Source of the DNA: Mycolicibacterium smegmatis
GTDB lineage: Bacteria > Actinomycetota > Actinomycetes > Mycobacteriales > Mycobacteriaceae
Reading direction: 5' to 3'
Length of the DNA: 32,000 nucleotides
NCBI RefSeq assembly: GCF_001457595.1
Contig: NZ_LN831039.1
Location: 3,000,001-3,032,000, forward strand
Position numbers and translations under genes: made by a program
The notes under the pieces: model-generated
Databases searched by the model: none
Told to the model about the DNA's origin: nothing
What the model saw: only the letters and a program-made list of their open reading frames with translations
Shown: positions 25,434-32,000 of the stretch, piece by piece
Layout of the letters: each line of letters opens with the position of its first letter
Position numbering within the stretch: the first letter of the stretch is position 1

Positions 25434-26130
25434 ATGGTGCACATAGCAGGACGTCGAATGCTCGTGACCGGCGGACAACGCGGTCTCGGTGCGGCATTCG
25501 CGTCCGAACTTCTCGCCAGGGGCGCAGACCGCGTGTATGTCACCGCCCGCAAACCCGCGCCGTCAAGCGATGCCCGGATCGTGCCTGTGGCTCTCGATGT
25601 CACCGACCCTGACTCTGTGCGAGCGGCAACTCGAAATCGCCGACGATGTGGCCATCGTCGTCAACAACGCGGGCACCAATGGGCCTCTGCCCGTCCTGGG
25701 AACCGACATCGACGCCATGCGAGAAGTGTTCGAGACCAACGTCTTCGGTCCCGTGCGGGTCACTCAGGCGTTCGCCCCGGTTCTCGCGCGGCAACCCGAC
25801 AGCGCGCTGGTCAACGTGCATTCGGTGTTCTCGTGGCTGGGAGGAACCGGCGCATACGGAGCATCGAAAGCCGCGCTGTGGTCGTTGACCAACTCTCTGC
25901 GTGTGGAACTCGCGGCGCAGGACACCAAAGTCATCGGAGTGCACCTCAGCTTTGCCGATACCGATATGACCGCGGGCCTCGACGTCTTCAAGATCGCACC
26001 GGAGTACGCCGCGGCACGGGTTCTCGACGGGTTGGAGCGTGACGATGCCGAAGTTCTCGTCGACGACACCTCCCGCGACGTCAAGGCCGCCCTCGCCGGA
26101 CCCGTCGGGGAACTGGTCCTCACGCTGTGA
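25434..26130 (+). pseudogene. SDR gene split by a +1 frameshift near 25632 (pseudogene or sequencing error)
   Basis: Frame 1: MVHIAGRRMLVTGGQRGLGAAFASELLARGADRVYVTARKPAPSSDARIVPVALDVTDPDSVRAAT. The next frame continues with EIADDVAIVVNNAGTNGPLPVLG...YGASKAALWSLTNSLRVELAAQ. Removing one nt gives 231 aa. Confidence 0.85.
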
Positions 26131-26136
26131 GGCGGT

Positions 26137-26155
26137 AGGGCGCGTCGGTCGCCCT
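26137..26155 (+). terminator. Weak candidate hairpin after the SDR gene
   Basis: AGGGCG-cgtcggt-CGCCCT inverted repeat shortly after the stop at 26130. Confidence 0.3.
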
Positions 26156-26222
26156 GTCTGCGACGATGGTCGCCGGGCTGCCGAGCCCGCGAGACCACCG
26201 AGACCACCGAAGGAAACGAGGC

Positions 26223-26786
26223 GTGAGCGCAGACGAAACCCTCGAAACCACCATCACGGCACTGCTGGAGCGGGTGCGACGCCTCGAAGACGAACGCGAC
26301 ATCGCCCGTCTGATCGCGTCGTACGGACCGGCCGTGGACGCGGCCGACGCCGACACCGCCGCGGGCCTCTGGGCACAGGACGGCGTGTATGACGTCGAGA
26401 ACTGGCAGATGGTCGGCCGCGGCGACGTGCACGCCATGGTCAGCTCGTCGTCGCACCGCGAACTCGTCGCCGGCGGGTGCAGCCATTTCCTCGGACCGGC
26501 CGTCGTGACCGTCGACGGTGACACCGCCACGGCCGTGTGCGAGTCGGTGGTGTTGCTGAGACGCCCGGAGCCGTTGCCGGACAGCGACTTCCCGCTGCGT
26601 GCATGGCGCTCGTCGGCGCAGGAGTACCTGGTGTGGCGGGCCGCGGCCAATCACTTCGAGCTGGTACGCGACGCGGACGGCTGGCGCATCACCAAACGCA
26701 CCAGCCGGATGCTCGACGGCAATGCCCACGCACACCGGCTGCTCACCGCGGGCCTGGCCGGCGAGCCGGCCGACACCGCTGACTAG
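26223..26786 (+). CDS. SnoaL-like / NTF2-fold protein
   Basis: LERVRRLEDERDIARLIASYGPAVDAADADTAAGLWAQDGVYDVENW...GRGDVHAMV...CSHFLGPAVVTVDGDTATA. GTG start at 26223. Confidence 0.85.
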   Translation: MSADETLETTITALLERVRRLEDERDIARLIASYGPAVDAADADTAAGLWAQDGVYDVENWQMVGRGDVHAMVSSSSHRELVAGGCSHFLGPAVVTVDGDTATAVCESVVLLRRPEPLPDSDFPLRAWRSSAQEYLVWRAAANHFELVRDADGWRITKRTSRMLDGNAHAHRLLTAGLAGEPADTAD

Positions 26787-27643
26787 TTGTCCTGCGTCAG
26801 GAACGACAGCACGGTCCGCTCGAACGCGGCCTTGGCCTCGATCATCACCCAGTGCCCGCAGTTGGGGAACACGTGCAGTTCGGCGTTGGGGATGGTGCGC
26901 ATCGGGACCAGGGCCATGTCCAGCGGGCTGACCCGGTCATCGCGGCCCCACGTCAGGAGCGTCGGCGCCTTCACCTTGTGCATGATCGACCAGGGCAACG
27001 GGAAATCCGCGTTGCGCATCATCTCCATCATGGCGGCGAACGCGGCCTTGCCGTACATGCGGCGTGCGGATTCCAGCGTCTCGGGATCGGTCGCCAGCGC
27101 CCACCGTTCCTCGATGAGCTCATCGGTGACCAGGGCCGGGTCGTACACCATCGAGTTGAGCCAGTCGACCAGGCGGGCCCGTGTGGGATCCTCGGTGAAC
27201 TCCTGCAGCAATCGGATGCCCTCGCTGGGCCCGGGGCTGAAGATGTTGGTGCCGATGCCACCGATGGTGACCAGGCGTCGCACGCGGTCGGGGTGGTTGA
27301 TGGCGAAGTTGATCCCCACACCGCCGCCCATCGAGTTGCCGATGATGTCCACCCGGTCGAGACCCAGCGCATCGGCGAACACCACGGCCGCCCTCTGTGC
27401 GTCCAGCATGGGATGACCACCGAAGTCGTCACTCACCCCGAAACCGGGGAACTCCAGCACGAGACAACGGAAATGCTGCGCGAAGAACCCCAGGTTGCCG
27501 CGGTAGTTGCGCCACCCCGTGACGCCGGGCCCGGATCCGTGCAGCAACAGCAGGGGAGGGCCGTCACCCGCCTCGTGGTAACGCAACACCCCCGCATCGG
27601 TGGTGACCTCACGCAACGAGTCCTGGTAGTCGATCGCCTGCAT
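26783..27643 (-). CDS. Alpha/beta hydrolase, meta-cleavage product hydrolase type (BphD/HsaD-like)
   Basis: LLLLHGSGPGVTGWRNYRGNLGFFAQHFRCLVLEFPGFGVSD, IGNSMGGGVGINFAINHPDRV, GRDDRVSPLD, FPNCGHWVMIEAKAAF. Start MQAIDYQ at 27643. Confidence 0.9.
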   Translation of the reverse strand: MQAIDYQDSLREVTTDAGVLRYHEAGDGPPLLLLHGSGPGVTGWRNYRGNLGFFAQHFRCLVLEFPGFGVSDDFGGHPMLDAQRAAVVFADALGLDRVDIIGNSMGGGVGINFAINHPDRVRRLVTIGGIGTNIFSPGPSEGIRLLQEFTEDPTRARLVDWLNSMVYDPALVTDELIEERWALATDPETLESARRMYGKAAFAAMMEMMRNADFPLPWSIMHKVKAPTLLTWGRDDRVSPLDMALVPMRTIPNAELHVFPNCGHWVMIEAKAAFERTVLSFLTQDN

Positions 27644-27718
27644 GCTCGCCTTTCCTTGTGGGGAACAGATCGATCTCACACCGTAACGGGCAGCGATCAC
27701 ACCGCAGTGGTCGGCTGA

Positions 27719-28495
27719 GTGGGACGCGCGAGCGTCGGCGACAATGGGGACGTGGGCGAGAACCTGGTGGTCGCGGCGGTCCAGCCGCGAGTGCTCGACG
27801 GCGATGTGGAGGCGAACGTGGCCTCTCATGTGGAGGCGATCGTCTCCGCCGACGCCCGGTTGGTGGTGTTCCCGGAGTTGTCGCTGAGCGGCTATCGAGC
27901 CGACGCCCAGCCGGTCGACCTCGCCGGTGACGGCCTGGCGGAGCTGGTACGCGCCTGTGCGGCAACACATTCAGTTGCCCTGGTCGGCGCCGCGGTGGAA
28001 ACGTCCGGCGGCCGGTTCATTGCGATGGTGCAGGTCGACGGGACCGGAGTGGACGTGGCCTACCGCAAGACCTTTCTGAGCGGGGACGAGAGCAGGCACT
28101 TCACGGCCGGTGACGGGCCGAGCGTCATCGAGGTGGACGGCTGGCGCGTAGGTATGGGCATCTGCCGAGACACCGGGATCGACGACCATGTGCGAGGTAC
28201 AGCCGCCCTCGGCGTCGATGTCTACGCCTGTGGCGTGGTGCACCACGCGACGGAGCTGGCCGAGCAGCAGCGCCGTGGGCGCAATATCTCCGCCGTATGT
28301 GACGCACCGGTGGTGATGGCGAGTTTCGCCGGCGCCACCGGCGGCGGATTCACGAAAACCGCCGGCCGGTCGGCCATCTGGGCAACGGATGGGAGCGTGC
28401 TCGCTGAGGCCGACGCCTGCCCCGGCGGCATGGCCCATACCACGTTGCAGCGGACCGTCATTGCTGCGCGTCGCGCCAGGCGAGCATCTCGGTGA
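27719..28495 (+). CDS. Carbon-nitrogen hydrolase (nitrilase superfamily)
   Basis: Catalytic triad contexts [11 protein letters not shown] (Glu), AYRKTFL (Lys), [10 protein letters not shown] (Cys). The start is uncertain (GTG 27719 or GTG 27752). Confidence 0.85.
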   Translation: MGRASVGDNGDVGENLVVAAVQPRVLDGDVEANVASHVEAIVSADARLVVFPELSLSGYRADAQPVDLAGDGLAELVRACAATHSVALVGAAVETSGGRFIAMVQVDGTGVDVAYRKTFLSGDESRHFTAGDGPSVIEVDGWRVGMGICRDTGIDDHVRGTAALGVDVYACGVVHHATELAEQQRRGRNISAVCDAPVVMASFAGATGGGFTKTAGRSAIWATDGSVLAEADACPGGMAHTTLQRTVIAARRARRASR

Positions 28496-29272
28496 GGACG
28501 GAGAAGTCGTAGCCGTCAGCGGTCGGATGGATCTCGGTGGTGAACGTGCTCGCACCCCCGTCGCGGAAGGTGTTGGCGCTTTCGGCGTCTTCCCAGCCCA
28601 CGGAACGTTCGATGTCGGTGCCGGCACGGCCTGCGGCGGCGCCAGGTCGTCCAGACGTGCGCTGGCATCGTGGAACTTGTCGAGGCTGATGTAGGTGTGC
28701 CAGATGTCGGCGTGCCGGGCCACCGCGGGTAGTGTGCGCTTGATGCCGGATCCACCGATCAGGATCGGGATCTTGCGTATCGGGGCGGGTTTGAGTGCCT
28801 CAAGGCGCGCCGCGATGCGGTCCAGGCCGTCGTCGAGCAGGTCGAACCGGGTCTTCCAGGTGCCGAAGTCGTAGCCGTAGGTGGTGTAGTCCTTTTCATA
28901 CCAGCCCGCGCCGAGACCGAGGATGAGTCGGCCGCCGCTGATGTGGTCCACGGTGCGGGCCATGTCGGCAAGCAGGTCGGGATTGCGGTACCCGACGCCG
29001 CTGACCTGGAGACCGATCTCGGCACGGCTGGTGATCTCGCCCCACGTGGCCAGCGCTGTCCAACCCTCGAAGTTGTTGACGTCAGGCTGAGACTCGTACA
29101 GCACGGGCATGGCGTCGACGATTCTGCTGAAGTTGGATTTGTGGAAGTGGTCGTAGCCGAGAATGATGTCGGCGCCGATGTCTTCGGCGCGCAGGACCGC
29201 ACTGCGCCAACTCTGATAGTCCGGTGCTCCTCCGGGCCAGATCTGCACCCCGACGCGTAGTGGTCGACTCAT
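28458..29272 (-). pseudogene. LLM-class oxidoreductase gene split by a -1 frameshift near 28631-28645 (pseudogene or sequencing error)
   Basis: [33 protein letters not shown]...[26 protein letters not shown], then the other frame continues [59 protein letters not shown]-stop, matching the paralogue at 30043. 815 nt + 1 = 272 codons. Confidence 0.87.
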
Positions 29273-29334
29273 GTTGCGTCCCTTCGTCCCTGTGGATGTC
29301 GTCGATGATTGGCGTTCACCTGGAATCGCCGCAA

Positions 29335-29345
29335 GTACTTACTTT
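29335..29345 (-). promoter_or_regulatory. Candidate HxlR operator copy 1 (AAAGTAAGTAC on the minus strand)
   Basis: Plus strand GTACTTACTTT, exact inverted copy of 29453-29463, upstream of the minus-strand LLM gene. Confidence 0.6.
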
Positions 29346-29452
29346 TTTGTATGTGGCGCGCAGACAACAGGATTCAGAAAAACACGTGTCGTGTGCGCGA
29401 GTCGGGATGAGGGTCAGGTCCGCTGATCGACGACGTCAGGTGCACTGACATG

Positions 29453-29463
29453 AAAGTAAGTAC
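29453..29463 (+). promoter_or_regulatory. Candidate HxlR operator copy 2 (AAAGTAAGTAC)
   Basis: 11-nt exact inverted copy of site 1, upstream of the HxlR gene start at 29538. Confidence 0.6.
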
Positions 29464-29537
29464 CCGCTCCGGGGAAGAGATGGCTTTGTCGCGCGGTTGC
29501 AGCACAGACAAGGACAAGATCGAATCGAGGGATTCCG

Positions 29538-29924
29538 GTGACGAGCGACGTGACACAGAGGACGTTCTACTGTGGGCTGGATGCCGCGCTCGCGATAGTC
29601 GGCGGCCGGTGGAAGTTTCTGACCGTCTGGCAACTCGCTGTCCAGGGTGCACAACGCTACGGACAACTGCGAGCCAGAGTCGAGGGGGTCAGCGAGAAGG
29701 TGTTGATCGGGGCCCTCAGGGATCTCGAAGCAGACGGCGTCGTCGAACGCAGGGACCACCGGACTGTGCCTCCCCACGTCGAGTACTCGTTGACGCCCTC
29801 TGGGGTCGAGCTCGCAAAAGTCCTGGAGCCCCTCTGCCGGTGGGGCTACGACCATATGAAGGTCCATACGGAAGCCCGTACGGAGCAGATGGCTCATCGA
29901 GCCGAGCTCGCCGCACTGGCGTGA
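29538..29924 (+). CDS. HxlR-family winged-helix transcriptional regulator
   Basis: CGLDAALAIVGGRWKFLTVWQLAVQGAQRYGQLRARVEGVSEKVLIGALRDLEADGVVERRDHRTVPPHVEYSLTPSGVELAKVLEPLCRWG; GTG start. Confidence 0.93.
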   Translation: MTSDVTQRTFYCGLDAALAIVGGRWKFLTVWQLAVQGAQRYGQLRARVEGVSEKVLIGALRDLEADGVVERRDHRTVPPHVEYSLTPSGVELAKVLEPLCRWGYDHMKVHTEARTEQMAHRAELAALA

Positions 29925-30042
29925 GGGCCATTGCGTGCGCCTATCGCGGCCACCGTGGACAGCGCCACCGAGGCCGCATTGGCGTCGCGACACACAGTTG
30001 TGCTGCCGAGTTCGAAGAGCGGTCTGAACCGAAGGGAAAACG

Positions 30043-30855
30043 ATGACCACACAAACGAACTCGAACAGCATCCGGATCGGCGTGCAGTTGTGGCCGGGCG
30101 GCGTCGCCGACTACCGCACCTGGCGTGACGCTGTCCTGAGAGCCGAAGAACTCGGTGTCGATGTGATCTTCGGCTACGACCACTTCCACCGCCCGACGGC
30201 CGAGATCGTCGACGGCGGGCCGCGTCTGCTGCCTGATCAACCCGCCGTCAACAATTTCGAGGGCTGGACCGCGCTCGCATCCTGGGGCGAGATCACCACC
30301 CGCACCGAGATCGGGTTGCTGGTCACCGGTATCGGCTACCGCAACCCCGACCTGCTTGCCGACATGGCCCGCACCGTGGACGGCCGACTCATCCTCGGCC
30401 TCGGCTCTGGCTGGTACGAAAAGGACTACCACGATTACGGATACGAGTACGGCAGCGTCGCGTCGCGCATGGACCTGTTCGAGGCAGGCCTCGCGCGCAT
30501 CGAGCAGCGGCTCGATCGGCTGGTGCCCGCGCCCCTGCGCCACATCCCGATCCTCATCGGTGGCGCCGGTGAGCGTCGGACCATGCCGCTGGTGGCCCGC
30601 CACGCCGACATCTGGCACAGCTTCCTCGACATCGAGTCGTTCCGGAAGAAAAGCCAGTTGCTCGAACAGTTGGCCGACGGTGTCGATCGCGACCACAGGA
30701 AGATCGACCGCGCCGTACAGTGGACGGGCGCCGACGAGGCCGGGGAGTACGTGGCAGAAGGGGTCACGTTGTTCACCGCTGTGATTCGTCCCGACACCAA
30801 TGGCTACGAGTTCACCGAGGTGGAGAGCATGCTGGCCTGGCGCCGCGCTCAGTAG
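30043..30855 (+). CDS. LLM-class oxidoreductase, probably F420-dependent (paralogue of 28458-29272)
   Basis: IRIGVQLWPGGVADYRTWRDAVLRAEELGVDVIFGYDHFHRP...[60 protein letters not shown]. Confidence 0.92.
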   Translation: MTTQTNSNSIRIGVQLWPGGVADYRTWRDAVLRAEELGVDVIFGYDHFHRPTAEIVDGGPRLLPDQPAVNNFEGWTALASWGEITTRTEIGLLVTGIGYRNPDLLADMARTVDGRLILGLGSGWYEKDYHDYGYEYGSVASRMDLFEAGLARIEQRLDRLVPAPLRHIPILIGGAGERRTMPLVARHADIWHSFLDIESFRKKSQLLEQLADGVDRDHRKIDRAVQWTGADEAGEYVAEGVTLFTAVIRPDTNGYEFTEVESMLAWRRAQ

Positions 30856-30878
30856 CTAAAAACATGTGGTCTGCTCCG

Positions 30879-32000
30879 CTATCGAACCTGTGCGCGCAAC
30901 GCGTCCGTGCCATGGCGGTGCAGATCCTCGGCGACACCGACCACGTAATCGGCGAAGTCGCGGCGCTGCGCCACGTCGGCCCCGACGATCGAAGGTTCGG
31001 TGACAAGTCGGCGAACGGCTGCGCCGACCGGCAGGCCGGCCGTCATGGCCGTGAGCTCATCCGCCCGTGGATCTGCCAGTGCGGTGGGCTGTCCGTCGGC
31101 GTCGACCGGATCGACGACGTGCAGGGCCCACCCCGCGATCCCCAGCGCCGCCCACCGCGCGGGCGTTCCCTGGCCGGCGCGTGCCGACACCGTGCGGAGC
31201 AGTCGGGGACCGATTTTCTGGGACCCGTCGGAGGCCACTTGGAGCGTGGTGTGGGGCAGTGCGGTATTGGCGAACCGGGCGAGCACCGATTCGCCGTAGT
31301 CGCCCACCTCGAGCCCGGCGGGCGCGTCGAGCGACGGACGCACATCGTCCGCGAACAGGCGTCGGCAGATGTCGGCCAGCACAGAGTCGTGGACGGCTTC
31401 GGCGATCGAGCGGTACCCGAGACGCAGGCCGAGGTAGGCGAGCGTGGAGTGCGCGGCGTTGAGAACTCGCAGTTTGAGCTGTTCCCACGGCGCGACATCG
31501 TCGACCAGCTGCGTCCCGACCGCCGACCAGGCGGGCACCGGCCCCGCGAAACGGGATTCGATGACCCATTGACGGAACGGCTCGCACATCACCGGTGCCT
31601 GGTCGCGCACTCCGATACTCCGGGACAGTGCGGCGATGTCCTCGTCGGTGGTTGCAGGGACGATGCGGTCGACGACCGTCGACGGGTATGTGACCGTGGC
31701 GCCGTCGTCGACGGAAAGACCTGCCGCATCGGAGAATTCGTGCACAATCTGCTGAAGAAGGCGTCCATTGTGGGGCAGGTTGTCGCAGGAGATCACGGTG
31801 AGGGGTCCCGCTCCGGAACGTGCTCGCCGCGCGATCGCGTGTGCGAGGACGCCGGGCACCGTGCGCGGCGCACCCGAGTGCAAGTCGTCGGCAATTCTCG
31901 GGTGGTCGAAATCCAGTCCACCGGTGGCGGGGTCGAGGCAGTAACCCTTCTCGGTCACCGTCAGCGTCACCACGTGCACGGCGGGGTCACAGATGCGCTC
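30879..32000 (-). CDS. Mannitol/fructuronate-type polyol dehydrogenase, N-terminus beyond the window edge
   Basis: VHVVTLTVTEKGYC, VISCDNLPHNGRLL, EPFRQWVIE, KLRVLNAAHSTLAYLG. The frame stays open to 32000, so the ORF-track start at 31979 is not the true start. Confidence 0.9.
   Translation of the reverse strand, partial: ERICDPAVHVVTLTVTEKGYCLDPATGGLDFDHPRIADDLHSGAPRTVPGVLAHAIARRARSGAGPLTVISCDNLPHNGRLLQQIVHEFSDAAGLSVDDGATVTYPSTVVDRIVPATTDEDIAALSRSIGVRDQAPVMCEPFRQWVIESRFAGPVPAWSAVGTQLVDDVAPWEQLKLRVLNAAHSTLAYLGLRLGYRSIAEAVHDSVLADICRRLFADDVRPSLDAPAGLEVGDYGESVLARFANTALPHTTLQVASDGSQKIGPRLLRTVSARAGQGTPARWAALGIAGWALHVVDPVDADGQPTALADPRADELTAMTAGLPVGAAVRRLVTEPSIVGADVAQRRDFADYVVGVAEDLHRHGTDALRAQVR

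Noticed and set aside
27971-28457. Long C-terminal extension of the minus-strand LLM ORF in the track
   Set aside because: Residues after the frameshift do not resemble the paralogue; it is out-of-frame read-through antisense to the C-N hydrolase gene.
1-32000. Mobile element, prophage, CRISPR, toxin-antitoxin or anti-phage system
   Set aside because: No transposase, integrase, repeat-spacer array, nuclease/helicase or toxin-like gene was recognised; content is metabolic enzymes and their regulators.
1-32000. KstR-type (TNNAACNNGTTNNA-like) operators in the promoter regions
   Set aside because: None were noticed by eye in the intergenic regions. An exhaustive motif scan was not possible, so this is not proof of absence.

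Overview
High-GC actinobacterial (mycobacterial-type) sequence, densely packed with catabolic genes. I find no RNA genes, CRISPR array, IS element or phage genes. About 31 protein genes can be supported. (1) A minus-strand operon (~10310 to 1): acyl-CoA synthetase, Zn alcohol dehydrogenase, aldehyde dehydrogenase, enoyl-CoA hydratase, two acyl-CoA dehydrogenases, a SnoaL-like protein, an SDR, an HSL-type hydrolase and an uncharacterised protein cut by the window edge. (2) Two plus-strand Baeyer-Villiger monooxygenase + SDR pairs (10430-13236 and 20877-23384). (3) A minus-strand module resembling the aromatic-ring part of steroid degradation (HsaC-like extradiol dioxygenase, HsaA-like hydroxylase, KshB-like reductase), with an HsaD-like hydrolase further on. 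(4) A pair of small barrel-like proteins, an Old Yellow Enzyme homologue, and IclR, TetR and HxlR regulators. (5) Three luciferase-like/F420-type oxidoreductases, two of them paralogues flanking the HxlR gene. (6) A mannitol/fructuronate dehydrogenase cut by the right edge. The window reads as a polycyclic/alicyclic ketone (probably steroid-type) catabolic island. From memory it resembles the secondary C-19 steroid cluster of Mycolicibacterium smegmatis, so I do not claim a wholly new system. The most checkable observations are: single-base frameshifts in an SDR and in one LLM paralogue, an exact 12-nt in-frame deletion in the other LLM paralogue, a shared 11-bp motif upstream of both the HxlR gene and its divergent neighbour, a 15-bp-periodic CATATG-type array upstream of the IclR gene, and several likely leaderless starts.
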